This document shows positions 42,912-57,285 of a stretch of DNA of 64,000 bases, one piece after another (the stretch's first letter is position 1; each line of letters opens with the position of its first letter). Below the pieces are notes generated by a model. That model searched no databases, was not told where the DNA came from, and saw only the letters and a program-made list of their open reading frames with translations. The stretch is from Eledone cirrhosa (lineage: Eukaryota). The stretch lies in the NCBI GenBank assembly GCA_964016885.1, contig OZ024741.1:267034001-267098000 (forward strand). Reading direction: 5' to 3'. The translations under genes were made by a program, and so were the position numbers.

Positions 42912-44500
42912 TCATCATCATCACCGTTTTACATCTATTCTTCCATGCTAGCATGAGGTAGACGGGTTGTCCTGATGTAGGCAGTGCCCGGTCGCTGACC
43001 TTGTCTTGCTCATACAGGAACTGATTCTGGCTTGATTTCTACAGCTGGATGCCCTTCCTAACACCAACCTCACTTACAGTGAGTGCTGGGTGCTTTATTT
43101 TCCATGGCGCCTACATGACCACTCTACAGTGTGGGCTGAGTGCTTTTTTGCCATGGCACCTCCACAACCACTTTGCATTGGGAGGGGGTGGGGGCATATT
43201 GTCTATATGCTTCAGCTTCGGCTTGTATCCATGGGAAGTCAGGTCTTCTGTATTACTGCGTGACGCCAGAGGTCACAGTACTCTCATTGCCTTTGAGAGG
43301 TGTAATTGGGTAAGGTCGGCTTTTATCACCTCATTCCACGTCTTCTTGGGTCTCCCCACTCCACGGCTTCCATCGACTTCTAGTGCTCTGCAACTTTTTA
43401 TGCAGCTGTCATCCTTTATACGCATCACATGTCCATACCAACGCAACCTCCTTTCCTGCACACAGCATTTGATTCCTCTGATGTTCAGTCTCTTTCTCAA
43501 TTCATTTATGCTTTGCCATTCGCGTATATTACTATTACACATCCACCGGAGCATGCAGGCTTTATTTCTTTCTAATCTACGCAAGTCTTCTACAGACAGC
43601 GCCCAGGTCTCACTTCCATGTAACATTGCTGTTCATATGCATGCATCATACAGTCTGCCTTTCATTTTGAGGGAAAAGCCTTTTTCAGCTAGCAGTGGCA
43701 GTAGATCCCTGAACTTCTTCCATCCCGTTCTTACCCAAGTTATTGTACTTTCTGAACACCCACCTCCGCTGCTAATTCGGTCACCTAGGTAGCAGAAGCT
43801 GTCTACTGTTTCTATAGAGCCCTCCCAGAGTTTGGTGGTGCTTGTTTCCTGTGGCCGTTTGCTGCTTGCTGTCCCGGTGCAGCTGCTACATGTAAAGTCT
43901 ACATTCTTAGCTAAGCTTCCTGAGATCCCACTACATCTCTTGTGTACCCATTGTTTGTATTTGGGGCAGAAAATGGAGTTCCTACCTAGACCTTTCCTAC
44001 ATACTGAGCAAGGTCATTTCCCTGAGGGGATCTGGGCTCTGTTTTCTCGTCTACTCACAAGACCTTAGTCTTTGTCAGGTTGACTTTGAGACCCTTTCTT
44101 TCTAGTCCCTGCTTCCATGTTTGGAATTTCTTCTCTAGTTCCACCATAGATTCAGCTATAAGCACGAGGTCATCTGCATACAGGAGTTCCCACGGGCATC
44201 CGGTCTTAAACTCCTCTGTTATTGCCTGCAATACTATAATGAACAGGAGAGGGCTAAGAACAGAGCCTGGTGGACACCGACCTGTATGCTAAATTCCTCG
44301 CTATAATCATTGTTAACACTAACTTTGCTGACTGCTCCCCTATACATGGCTTGTACAGCTTTCACTAACCATTCATTTACTCCTAGTTTTCTAAGCGCCC
44401 ACCAGATTATAGCACGAGGGACTCTGTCGAAGGCTTTTTCAGATCGACAAGTGCCAAGTAGAGCACCTTACTTTTAGCTAGGTACTTTTTTTGTAACTGG
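42910..44500 (-). mobile_element. RTE-X-like LINE 3' portion with (GAT)n tail
   Basis: KAFDRVPR, LLYADDL, Cys-rich insert, MLHGSETW..RRLRWYGHV..GRPKKTW. Confidence 0.85.
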
Positions 44501-44611
44501 GACAATTCCCATCTAACCCATGCTAGCGTGGAAGATAAAGATAGACGTTAAATAATGATGATGATGATATATATCTATATATATGAATATATATATACAT
44601 ATATATATACA

Positions 44612-44649
<38 letters not shown>

Positions 44650-44837
44650 GGTTTGCTGGTTCACCACTGGATAGAACTGGTCATTCCGTATGGTCAACCT
44701 CGATGTAATATTAGGGAGAGCACTCAACGTAATGCAACTCACCCGTCTTCGTTTGTGTTGTTGGTGGTGCGAGTACAGAGTTAATTATTATAAAATAACA
44801 GGAGGCTGGACTGGTGTAAATCCTTAAAAGGTTTATT

Positions 44838-44895
44838 ATACCAAGATCATTTCAGTGACCGGGTTCAGTATGAATCCGGTGACATCATCAGGTAT
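44838..44895 (-). ncRNA. Hammerhead motif related to family C, cleavage triplet mutated
   Basis: ATAC-CTGATGA-tGTcACCGGaTTCA tac TGAAcCCGGTcACt-GAAA-TGATCT-TG-GTAT; G at the H17 position. Confidence 0.6.
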
Positions 44896-46109
44896 TCGAA
44901 ATTTAACAAAGGAATATAATAGACAAAATCCTGAAAAGCAGATACAGGAGGGCGGCCAAACATTTAGCAGCTTCTAGCCCGGTCAGCCGCCCTCAAGTGA
45001 TGATTATTAAGTCTTATGTCCTTCTGGTGAAGGGGCGTAGGCTCATAGTGTACTACTACCAACCCGTTATAGACAGAGGCCAGCGGTGAGATACATTTAA
45101 GCTCTTCCATCCTCTATATCTATATGTATAACCTTGTATTCTCCAACCGTGCTATCTATTGTTCTTTTACTGCACCTTTCTTCTGTATTTTGATTTCTTT
45201 GATATGTTTTTATATGCCCCCCCCCCCCCCCCCCCCCCCCCCCCACCGCAAGGTGGTCGTGGAGGTGCCACGGCAAAAAAGCACCCAGCCCACACTGTAA
45301 AGTGGACGTGTAGGCGCCACGAAAAAGCACCCAGCACTTACTGTAAATGAGGTTGGTGTTAGGAAGGGCATCCAGCTGTAGAAATCAAGCCAGATCAGTT
45401 CCTGTATGAGCAAGGCATGGTCAGCCGACCAGACACTGCCCACAACAGGACAACCCGTCTAACCCATGCTAGCGTGGAAGAACGGACGTAAAACGGTGAT
45501 GATGATGATGATGATGATACTTCTATTTTACTCCCTCAATTACCACCCAAGGTATGACTGCATTTTATTTATGCATTTTATTTATGTTTTTATTTATGTA
45601 TTTATTTATTCACTTTACTCTCCTTATATACTTATCCTTGTACTCATCTGTTACCTAAAATTAACACACGACCCTAGAATATTACTCTCTGTACACTTTA
45701 TATCTGTTTATCTTTATTCACTCCCCCTACCCACTCAAGAATCACACTACATATAACCCGGACTAACTGGGGACTAAATATAGTCTATTTACACATTTCA
45801 TTGGATTTTGCCACTTTTAAACTTCACATCACGTGTGTGAATAACTAATACTCGGAATTAACTAAATAATTAATAATCAGAACAATATATAGAAAAGTAA
45901 GTCCAAAGAATCATTAGATAAAATATATACAGTATTTCCTCTCCCAATCAGTATAAATCAACCACAAAAAATCATTTAAACGAGGCAATAAGTTTAAAAT
46001 GTACTTATGAAGAAATTGCTCTGATTATTAATTATTTAGTTAATTCTTCATTGTGCCACACTGTGAATGGTTGGCAAAAACATATATATGTATCTATGAC
46101 TTTGTCTAG

Positions 46110-47405
46110 TTTATATATATATGAAAGGCAGGTTGTACGATGCCTGCATACGAACAGCAATGTTGCACGGCAGTGAGACCTGGGCATTGTGTGCAGAGGA
46201 TATACGCAGACTAGAGAGAAACGAAGCTTGCATGCTCCGCTGGATGTGTAATAGTAATATATGTGAACGGCAAAGCATAAACGAACTAAGGAAAAAATTA
46301 GAAATAAGAGGGATCAAATGTTGTTTACTCGAGAGAAGGCTACGTTGGTATGGACACGTGATGCGCATGAAAGTCGATAGCTGTATAACAAAGTGCAGGG
46401 CAATGAAGATAGACGGTAGCCACGGAATAGGCAGACCTAGAAAAACCTGGGACGAGCTGATAAACTCCGACCTCACACACTTACACCTCTCCAAGACAAT
46501 GTCACTGGACCGAGACCTTTGGCGGTACTCAGTAATAGAGAAGACCCGCCTTACCTAAATACATAGTAAAACCTACTACAGTCAGTAGGCATCTCTAACA
46601 AAATACACCCCCGTCCCACCACCCCCACCCCATCCACACCGCCCCCTTCTATGTAAAGTTATGTTGGTGCCACACCATCCAGGCCGAAACAAATGAGATT
46701 GTGTAGGTGTCACGACAAAAACACCTTAACCACACCTGTATCTATAGCTAACACCTTAACCACACAGCCATGTCTGTATCTATAGCTAACACCTTAATCA
46801 CACAGCCATGTCTGTATCTATAGCTAACACCTTAATCACACAGCCATGTCTGTATCTATAGCTAACACCTTAATCACACAGCCACACCTGTATCTATAGC
46901 TAACACCTTAACCACACAGCCACACCTGTATCTATAGCTAACACCTTAATCACACAGCCATACCTGTATCTATAGCTAACACCTTAATCACCTTAAGACC
47001 CGCCTTACCTAAATACAAAGTAAAACCTACTACAGTCAGTAGGCATCTCTAACAAAATACACCCCCGTCCCACCACCCCCACCCCATCTACACCGCCCCT
47101 TTCAATGTAAAGTTATGTTGGTGCCACAACATCCAGGCCGAAACAAATGAGATCGTGTAGGTGTCACGTCAAAAAAACACACAGTTCACGCTGTAATGTG
47201 GCCGTGTAGGCAATACGGTAAAAACCTCCCAGCCCCACACTGTAAATGTGGTTGGTGTTAGGAAGGGCATCCAGCTGTAGAAAACCCGCCAGATAGTCCT
47301 ATGCGAGCAAGATAACCACTCTTGCCTCAAGTGGGAAAACCCTCCGTCCAAACCCATGCAAGCATGGAACACGGACGTTAAACGATGATGATGATGATGA
47401 TGATG
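46110..47405 (+). mobile_element. RTE-X-like LINE 3' fragment with duplicated 3' UTR and 38-bp tandem array
   Basis: ORF 46121-46558 (MLHGSETW, RRLRWYGHV); 46541-46730 repeated at ~46995-47175; ~7 x 38-bp units at 46720-46995; (GAT)n tail. Confidence 0.85.
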
Positions 47406-47610
47406 ACCCTTTAAATTAAATATATACTCCCGTAAGGTTGTATACTTTAGGCAGTATTCGGCTGCGCTTTCTAGCAACCAACCTACTCGCCGACAGGCAC
47501 CAATCACAAACTTTCTACCTTGACCACTGGCCACGTGATGATTCTTAGCCATTTTGAATTCATTTCTGGCGGGGTTCATTGCAGAAAAAATCTTAGACCA
47601 AGTGAGGTAT

Positions 47611-47695
47611 ATCTCCTGATGAGTTCCAAACCGCGTTGATTTATCCAAGATCGGATATATCCAAAAAGTGAACGAAACCACCAGGTGGTAGAGAT
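47611..47695 (+). ncRNA. Type I hammerhead ribozyme, family I (canonical, GUA site)
   Basis: ATCTC-CTGATGA-GTTC..GAAC-GAAA-CCAC cag GTGG-TA-GAGAT; all three stems Watson-Crick, G10.1-C11.1 present. Confidence 0.92.
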
Positions 47696-47985
47696 TATGA
47701 AGATTTTGGTAAAGTTTATGTACAATTTTTCTTCTAACTTCGATATTGTACCTAATTACGTGTAGTTAACTATATGTCTAGTCAATTTCTACAGGCTAGA
47801 AGGAATATTAGGTAAATATTTTGTAGATGTACGTCACGGAAAAGGAGCTATATCATTTGTCTATTATTTCTTCATAAGTACATTTTAAACTTATAGTCTT
47901 GTTTAAATGATTTTTTATGTGGTTGATTTATACTGATTGGGAGAGGAAATACTGTATATATTTTATCTAATGATTCTTTGGACTT

Positions 47986-48015
<30 letters not shown>

Positions 48016-48016
<1 letters not shown>

Positions 48017-51000
48017 CATCATCATCATCATTTTACGTCCACTTTCTCTGCTTGCAAGGGTGGAATGGGTCCTATTCACCACAGCATCTCTCCACTTGTC
48101 ACGGTCCTTCGTCATCTCCTCCGTGAGTTTCAGTGACCTGAAGTCTGCTCTCACCACCTCCGCCGATGTTTTTCGTGGTCTACCTCTATTGCGTCCTCCT
48201 TCTACTGGAGCATGTTTGCCTTATTTCTCTCCAGCCGTCGCATATCTTCTGCAGTTGCTGCTCATGTCTCACTACCATACAGCATCGCGCTCCTCCCACA
48301 GGCATCATATAACCGGCCTTTCGTATGCAGGGAGAAACCCTTTTTCATCAGCAGAGGACGCAGCTACCTAAACTTCTTCCAACCCGTCCTTATTCTAGAT
48401 ACTATGGTCTCGGAACCCCCCCCCCCCCCTCTGATCTCCTAGGTACCAGAAGCTATCAACCACTTCTCTAGCACCTGCCTACATTTGAAAAATGTGTCTA
48501 TTAATGCGACTTCTACTGTCTAATTTCCCTGTACATCTACCGCATACGTATTTCTCCCTACCTGTTAGTTTGCCTGCTATCCCACTACATCTCTTGTGTA
48601 CCCAAGATCTACATTGTGTGCATTTTATAGAATTTATGCCAGTTCCTTTTCTGCATATCGAACATGGCTATTTCCCTGACGGAATCAGAGTTTTGTCCTC
48701 TTTTCTACTCATCAACACTTTTGTCTTAGCTAGGTTCACTCTCAGTCCTCCTGATTCCAACTGCTGTTTCCATAGCCAGAATTTATTCTCTAGCTCCTCT
48801 ACTGATTCTGCTATAAGAACCAGATCGTCAGCATAGAGAAGTTTCTATGGACAGCCAGTCTTAAACTCCTCTGTTATGGCTTGGAAGACTATAATGAACA
48901 AGAGCGGGCTGAGGACCAAACCCTGATATACTCCTACTTGTATCTGGAATTCCTCACTAACTCCATTCCTACCCTGACTTTACTGAGAGTACCTCTGTAC
49001 AAAGTTTGCACTGTCATTACAAGCCATTCCTCAACACCTAGTTTCCTTATGGACCACCAGATGACAGATTGGGGTACCCTATCAAAGGCCTTCTCTAGGT
49101 CAACAAAAGCTAAGTATAGTGGCTTATTCTTCTCAAAGAACCTCTCTTGTAATTGTCTCACCAAGAAGAGGGCATCTGTTGTACTTTTCCCAGGCACAAA
49201 ACCAAACTGCATCTCATCTAGTTTGACCCTTTCTCTAATTAGTTGTGCTAATATCCTTTCTGCTACTTTCATAACCTGATCCATCAGTTTTATACCCCTA
49301 TAATTGCTCTTCTTCAGAGCATACCCTTTACCTTTGTAGAAATTTATGAGAATACTGCTGTACCAGTCTTTGAGTATGGCACCACCATATATAGCCTGAT
49401 TGATGATGCGTGCAACCAGTTTAGTGCCTTCGTCCCCTGATCTCTTCATCATCTCAGCAACTATCCCTGATGGTCCAGCGGCCTTACCATTTTTCATTTC
49501 CTTAATCGCCTCTTGGACCCTTTATTCATCAATCTCAATAGTGGTCCCTCAGTCGGATCTACTGTGGGTAATTTCTCTCTCTCATAATGACATTTCCACG
49601 CCACCTTTTTCCTTTCATTCGTGACACTAAGTACACCGGCACCATTCCGGACACATTTATCTCCAACAACATCCTGATTTGCATTGACACACTGCCTTGC
49701 AATGTGGAACACTCCACGTCTCTGATCTTCCCGTTGCACAACATTGGCAAACCTCCTACTCTCAGCCTCCCTGCGTGCTAAGTACACCTGACGTCTAGCT
49801 TCTCTCTTAGCGGCTGTATATCCTTCTCTACTCCCACCATTTTTCCAAGCCTTCCATGCTAGTCTTTTGTCTCTAATGGCCCTAACTAGCATGCTGTTCC
49901 ACCACCAAGTTACTCTCTGTCTGGTTGGAGCTCTTCTCCAGCCACAGGTTTCTTCAGTAGCCTGCAGTAAGTTGTCACGTAAGAAATTCCAGTTATCATC
50001 TATGTCATACGACTCTAAATCATCTTCTTTTCCATCATACACATCTTGAAGGGCTTTCCTAAATTTGAATTTTAGTGAAAAGTCTTTTAATTTCCAGACC
50101 TTTCTTCTCCACACCTTCCTGTATGTCTCATTCCGTCTCTTGCTTACTGAGATATCACTAACGACTAACCTATGCTGTGGGGTACATTCTTCCCCAAGGT
50201 ATTCCTTGGTATTTGACACCATATGCCTGTCCTGCTAGGAAGTCAATCTGGCTTATGTGCTTGCCTGATTTGTAGGTTATTAGGTGGTTGGCAGGTTTCT
50301 GGAAGTTAGTGTTGCAAAGGGTTAGTGTACTTGCATTACAAAATTCAAGAAGTCTCACTCCTTCTTCATTTCTTGTGCCATAACCGTGCCCACCATGTAC
50401 CTCAGTGTAACCATCCTGGAGCTGTCCAACATCACCATTGAAGTCCCCTGCTAGCATAACGATGTCTCCATCCTCTGTCATTGCGGCTGTTTGTAAAAGT
50501 TGCTCGTAAAAGCAGTCTTTCTCTTCTTTACTTAGGCCTGCGTGGGGAGCATAGGCAGAGATGATTGTCAGTAGTCTCTTACCTACAACTAATCTAAGCT
50601 TAATTATTCTATTATTAACTCAAACTACCTCTATTGTCTTATTGATCCATCTCTCAGCCAGGAAAATGCGTACTCCCCTTAACCCATCATCCTTACCTAC
50701 CCAGAAAATCTTATAACTAAGATGTTTGCCTGCGATTAGTCTCGCAGAGACACCTCTCCATCTCACCTCTTGCACGCAACACACATCCACATGCCTTCTC
50801 TCCAGCATCTCCACTATCTCACCAGATCTACCTGTGAGAGTGCCAACATTAAGTGTGGCAACTCTGAGATGCGATGTCGTCATATTCTTGTTCCTTTTCC
50901 TATAGTGCGATTGCTTGAAGACGGTCGGGGGGTTCTCGCACATGGCCGCACCAGCCACCCCACTACCGTACGCAGCCCTAACATGGTTAGTGTTTTTGCT

Positions 51001-51460
51001 GTTTACGCAGTTATTGCGATATATATTTGTTGTTGTTCTCAGAATTGTTTTGGCTTTGATACACTGGTTGGATGCCCTTCCTAACACCAATGCCACTTTA
51101 CAGCATGGACTGGGTGCTTTTATTCGTGCCAACAGCACTAGAGAGGATGTCTTACTGGACTCATGGGCCCTCTATTAACTAATGCAATCGTGCAATGCCT
51201 GTGCTTGAAGAATATTTTTAAAGTGAGGAAAGACTGTGCATTGAGCCAATCCCACTCTCTGAGCGACAGTAGCTATAACCCGAAAAGAAGAAAAGATCAA
51301 CATCATCGGTAACTACTGAGTCACAGGTTTTATGTCGGAGTTAACCCAGTTTCCTAAAATGCCTTCTCTTAGAAGAATGCTTTGACAAGGGCTAGGAGTC
51401 CTTCACTCCCAGTGGTTTAACTGCGTGATCGGGTATCCAGCACAATTATTTCTATGTCCC
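48016..51460 (-). mobile_element. Near full-length RTE-X-like LINE, decayed
   Basis: ATLNVGTL, VQEVRW, AGDFNG, PQHRLVV, GKAAGPSG, NYRGIKL, QFGFVPGKST, VDLEKAFDRVP; (GAT)n tail at 48016-48031. Confidence 0.9.
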
Positions 51461-51547
51461 CGCGCAAAAAAAAAAAAACCCCTAACCCTAACCCCTATAT
51501 ATATAAATATATATATATATATACATGAATATGTATATATACAAGAG

Positions 51548-51584
<37 letters not shown>

Positions 51585-51599
51585 GAATATATATTAAAT

Positions 51600-53215
51600 T
51601 TTGAGTCGGTGCTGGTTGTTTACTGACACCTCAGTATGCAGGTTGGAGCACTCAACGAAGTGCGCAGGTTGGTTTGTTTCCTCTGGAGTAATGTAAAAAT
51701 AAGAAGTGTAAGTCAACAGGGTAAAGTTAGCTATATATATTTCAGTGATAGCCATTATTCAACAGCTATGACCTCATCAGGCAGTAAGAATTTAAACAGA
51801 AAAAAACAGGAAAACAATGTTGTAATGGATTTTGCCATGTTAATTCATTGATATGCCCAGCTCCTGGGTGTGTTGTTAGTCCTCTAAGGAACTGGAAGCA
51901 TATGATTAAGAATGAACGAATTTCAGCGGTCAAAGGATATGCCCCACCTCATTGGTCAGATATCATACTTCCCCCAGCCGAACATCTATTGAAATTCTTC
52001 AGAAACAGGTCAGCCTGTTATTATTGCTTTTAAATGCATGTTCTACTCCGGTTGACCTACTTCACTGTGATGGTAGTGGTAGTGGTGTGAGCAGGTCAGT
52101 TAGTGGGTCAACTACAATCCCCTCTTGTGTTGTCAAGAAGAATTTATGTATGTAGACTGATAGAGTTCAGTGCTTCTCTTTACCACTAGGTCTCATAAAA
52201 AAGTGTACAATCCATATTTTAAACATTTAGTGCATACCCGCAAATGTCCGTTAACGTACACCATTGCATGTACACACGTATAAAAACAAGCCTAAGTGCA
52301 TTCACAAATCCAGATCCACACATCTGTACACATACATGCACGCATACACATAATTACATATACACACATATGCGAATACGCACACATGCACACAGGCTCA
52401 AAGGTCCCTGCATGGGGTGGGGAGAGAAGTAATAGGTGTGTCCTATTTGCTTGTAGTAGTTAGTACTGACTCTTGCATGCGAAAGGGGTCAGGTTTGAGG
52501 TAGCATATCTTTCAGATAATTGGATCACAAGCTGGGGTTGGGTGGTGAGGCCTGGTGGTCAGAAGTGTGGGGTGCCTGGTTGCACACAGGGTAGGACTCC
52601 GCTCACGTACATTGCCTTGGTAATTATCTAGTGTCCGCTAACTTGGGTTCAAGTTATGGAAGTGAGAGAGAAGGGTGGACCACAGCGGTATGAGACACGG
52701 TTCTAGCTGCTAAGTAAGTGTGGTGTTATAAATGCTATTCAAGATGAGAGGAAAGGGAGGAGAGATAGGTATAGGGGGTGGGATTGGTGTCCCGGGGGCT
52801 CAGTGTGATGGGGTTGCTATCCATATAGCTTGAGGGAAGTTCCCATCCTAAGGGGCTGCTATCTATATAGCTTCAGGAAAGTTCCCATCCTAAGGTGTCT
52901 ACAGATACCAAAGAAATCAGTGCTAAGGTTGATTAGGTTACTCCCACCACTGAGTATCTCCAGAGTCTCACTCAGACAGAGGTTTGAGATGCCATATCCC
53001 CTTCCATCAGGTGGCACCTCCCTAATCTTGGATCAGACCAAAGAGTACGGGGTCTTGTCCAGCTTGAGCTTCCAGATCAGTTCGAAAAGAGCCGTACATT
53101 TCCTCTTATCTATCCTATTTAAAGAATGGCGGTGGTTATACCATCTGTCCTTGAAGCTCGTCAATGTGGTTCCTATGTAAAGGTGCTCCGAGTTGAGGGT
53201 TGTAACTTTGCAACA
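51600..53215 (-). mobile_element. Penelope-like 3' fragment (GIY-YIG + 3' repeat with HHR)
   Basis: Minus strand ~53210-52880 reads CKVTTLNSEHLYIGTTLTSFKDRWYNHRH..ELIWKLK..NLCLSE; 3' repeat resembles 44650-44900. Confidence 0.8.
51730..51782 (-). ncRNA. Minimal hammerhead ribozyme, family C
   Basis: GC-CTGATGA-GGTcATAGCTGTT..AATGGCTATcACT-GAAA-TATATA-TA-GC; stem II covaries with the 20464 copy; stem I short. Confidence 0.75.
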
Positions 53216-54759
53216 TCGGAGTCACATCGGAGCTTCAAAGACATGGTATAACAACCGCCATTCTTTAAATAAAATAGACAAGAGGAAATATTCGGCCCTT
53301 TCCGAACTGATCTGGAAGCTCAAGCTGGGGTCAGCCTAAAGTTCTATAAAAATATAGTGGACGGGACAAGGTGGGGGGAGGATTCAGAACTAGAACCTAA
53401 AAAGTTTTAAGTTAAGATTAAAGATTAAAAATATAAAATTTAAAAATTTAATTAAAGAATTAGGAGAAGTAAGCATTTATGTAAAAATTAAATATATCTT
53501 TGATAGTCACATTCTATCACTGTGTGTTTGTGGTGTAGGGAAATGGGTGTGGCTTGTCTTTCGTTAGCCACTGAAATAATGGCTTCACAGTCATCATAAG
53601 CCCACAAACACTTCCAAGTAAAATCTCATATCAGGAATAGGGAAATTTCTATTATTTCCAAGCATTCCAGGAAACGCTCACAGGTTCATGCCCCACATGG
53701 CTAGTGCAGTTGGCTGGTGAAGCAATGTATGTCAGACAGTTATTAGTTATAAATACTAGTTATGTTAATGATTCTAAAGATAGAGTAGTGTAAAACTGGG
53801 ATGTAAAATAACAAAATAAAATAAAACTAACTTAAACTAGATTAGATCATTATCTAGCTTTGGGTTCTTTGCATTGATCGATATTATATTCCTAGTGGTA
53901 TGAAATAATTTGGAACTACATTATATAAAGGAGTGCGGTTTGGCGATCAATAATCAATGAAGTGATGATTTCCCGGCCTACCCAAGGCTCAAGGGCCTAC
54001 CAACCGTTCCGAGTATTTTTGTCTTCCGAAAGAAAGGGAAATTTATTTTTCCAAGCACTCCAGGAAGGTGGACAGACCCAGGTGCTGCAAGTTCAAGTAA
54101 GAAAGCCATCACAGCTGGTCGTTTATCCAATGTATACCAAATGATTATTATTTATTCATATCAGTGATGTGAATAATAGAGTCATAGGAAAGCTTAAATG
54201 TAGTAAAATTTAATGAAATAGTAGGTAAAGAAACTATTCTCAAGCTAACCTGGGTTCCGTGTGTTGTTTGGTTTTGAATTCATATGGGATATAATCCCAT
54301 CCCACACTATAATAAATATAGGTGAGATATATATATATACCTTAATACTACAACGTACTTCTCTATGTAATTATTATAATATGGGAACTATATCGCATGG
54401 TACATGTTGAGTGAATCCTAAGTGGGGGGGGGGGGGATAATTAAATGAATAAATAGATATAAAAATGGTTGATAAATATGTGAGAGAAAGATTTCTTGCA
54501 GCGGGGACATGTGATATCTTGTAAGGGTTACTGGATAACGCTAAAGTCAGGACAAGTGAATTCAGGAAAAAAAAAAACAGTATAGAAAGTAATATTCTAG
54601 TATAGTTAAATAAGTTTAGGTAACAGTTGAGTAAAACCAAGGGTAAGTCTATAAAGAATATAAAATGTAATCATACACAGAGTGGTAATCATAGGAGTAA
54701 GAATGGAAGTAAATAAGAAAATATCGAAGAAATAATAAATAAATGCAAATTAAAGTGTA

Positions 54760-55070
54760 TCTAGAGGGCACTTGCTACTTACTGCACATAAAATCTGGCA
54801 CATAAAATCTACATTCTTAGATAGCCTGCCCGTGATCTCACTACATCTTTTATGTACCCATAGTTTGCATTTGGGGCATAGAATGGAATTTCTACCTACT
54901 CCTTTCTTACACACTGAGCATGGCCATTTCCCAGAGGGCACCGGTCTCCTATTTTGCTTTCTACATACTAGAACTTTAGTCTTAGACAAGTTAACTTTAA
55001 GGCCTTTTGATTCTAGGCCATGTTTCCATGTTTGGAATTTCTTCTCTAGTTCAGCCATGGATTCAGCTGT
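54760..55070 (-). mobile_element. RTE-X-like LINE internal fragment
   Basis: LESKGLKVNLSKTKVL..GKWPCSVCKKGVGRNSILCPKCKLWVHKRCS. Confidence 0.8.
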
Positions 55071-55774
55071 GGAGGGCTTGCCAAACAAAGGGTCGGGATG
55101 ACCCTTCAATCATGTTAAGGACATGACAGCCCTCCTAGTGTTGGTTATCTACTCAATAAATGTACTCAGTATATGCTGTAAAGTGGTGGGTAATCGGTAG
55201 AGAATCCAGCAGTAGAAAGCTTATCAAACGAAGGGTTTGGAGGACCCTTAGTTGTGTCAAAAACAACAACCTCCCCTGTGTATTTGGTAGAATGTGAGAC
55301 TGTACATAAGCAAAATAACAGATCCCTGGTCTGTCTGGGAGATCAGTAGCCACTGCTTCAATACTGACTTGCTCTATGTAGACACATCCAACCCTTGCTA
55401 GCAGAGAAAGTGGATGTTAAAACGATGATGATGGTATATATATATAATATTAACTGCTTCAAACTGTTGAGAAGTGTTAAATATAATGTTTTGGGCTACA
55501 GCCTTCTTCAAGGAAACAAAATAATATTGAGAAAATATAGAGAAAAACATAGTAAAAGAAAGGTTAACAAAGATTGTCACATGTGTTTTAAATGCCATTG
55601 TTCTCCACTAAACTCTTTTCTTTTCCACTAATCTAGGTTGAATGAAATGCATGGGGCCTAATGATTAGGCTGTTGAACTCATGACCCTAAAAGTTGTAGA
55701 TTTGGTTCCTGAGCTGGGCATTATCAAGTGTTCTTGAGCAAGCTGCTTCATTTTACATTGCTTTTCATGATAGG

Positions 55775-56065
55775 ACTAAAGACCCCTATTGTTAACACAC
55801 CCAACAAACCTCCTTGGAGATACAGTCCCGTAAGAGACCATCTAAACCTACATACATATGAGCTGTAACAACAACATTATGATAGGATTGGGTCTCCTCT
55901 CATTAAAACACCCAAGGAACCTCCTATGAAATGTAACCTCACTGGATGCTTGTTAAGCTTACATAAGTGTGTGCTTTAACATGATATGACTGGGGCTCCT
56001 ATACTTAAAACACCCAAAAAACCTCTTATGTGATACAACCTTGTAGGAGGCCAGCTAAACCTGCT
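55775..56065. repeat. Degenerate ~100-115-bp tandem repeat, ~3 copies
   Basis: Recurrent AACACCCAA..AACCTC.T..GATAC..CC..TA units. Confidence 0.55.
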
Positions 56066-56106
56066 GAGTAGTGATTTGTAAATTTCATTTTTTCATTTCA
56101 ATTTAG

Positions 56107-56229
56107 ATAAAACAAAGGAGCATAGACTTGATGACTTGCTCTGTACCATGGATTACTTCTCTTGCCTAGAAAACTTAAATGACCCCCCTTATTTGAGGCA
56201 TAACTGGAAGGATTTGGCTAAAGAACTTG
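56107..56229 (+). CDS. MAVS-like gene, coding exon 3 (start of Death-like domain)
   Basis: Acceptor TTTAG, 123 nt, phase 1-1, KTKEHRLDDLLCTMDYFSCLENLNDPPYLRHNWKDLAKEL, donor GTAAG. Confidence 0.82.
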
Positions 56230-57285
56230 GTAAGATCCTTTCTATTTTTCTTAGTATAGTAGGTTATTGTTTATCCCCTGTTCAGTTCTGAGTTGGCAGA
56301 CAAATGAAGGTATTCCAACTCTGACCATGACATCTTTTATTCACATATATATATATCTCAGACTATATTATCTAATATTTTCATCAACGCACATGCTCAC
56401 TTGATAAGACAAAGATAGATGTTTTTTACCCAATTGTTTCTACTTTTATTTACAGTGATAGAATATTTTTCTGTGTGTCATAAGAGATGAGTAAAAGGGC
56501 TGGCACCAAGAAGGGCTTCTAGCCATAAGACATTGTTCCAAAAAGGCTCCCATAATGAATATGAAGCCCTACAAGGGACCTTTCTTTAGAAGGGAAAAAT
56601 GGCTTTAACATTTTTGCTGTTGTTGTATTTGTTATATTTTCTGACATTGTCCACTGTATTAGTCACTATACCTCAGTAAAACATATTGTCAACCTAGCAT
56701 CACATTATTGTCTTGCTATACACTAATATTGCAATGTTCTCAGATGTACTGTTTAGTGCACCAACTACATACACAGTAATTACATCATCTAGTGCACTAA
56801 TGCCAATAGATAATTTTGATTTACTGTTTCCTATATAAATTTTGGTCATACAAGAAGCGTAGGAGGATCTGAGGTAGGCCAATGAAGCTTGTAGACTTTG
56901 TATGCCACAGATGCACTGAGAGTTTACGAGGAATAGTTTCTCTCCAATATTCAGACAGCTTTGTAGAAGTAGTTGATAGTTTTTGTTACCTGTGTAACTT
57001 CATTAGCAGTGGTGGTAAATGTTCTGAAAGCATAGTAAATACCAGTTGAAAAAAGTTCAGCGAGCTCTAACCACTACTGGCACAAAGGAATTATCTGTGA
57101 GTGAAGGGTACACTGGAATCAGATGTAATGTGCATGTGAGAGGATTATGCTGGTATGGACAGTGTGTATGAAGGATTATGTCAATTTATCAATCCAGTAT
57201 ATTATGAATTTTTTAAAAAAAATTTGGAAATTTGTTTTAATCTTTTGTCATTGAGTTCTCTGATTTGTTTTCTTCATGCCACAAG

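Noticed and set aside
51478-51497. (CCCTAA)3 telomere-like repeat
   Set aside because: Too short to support an interstitial telomere or fusion site.
53551-53602. Possible minus-strand HHR (ATGATGA..GAAA-GAC)
   Set aside because: C3 changed and no stem III/NUH; at most a decayed relic.
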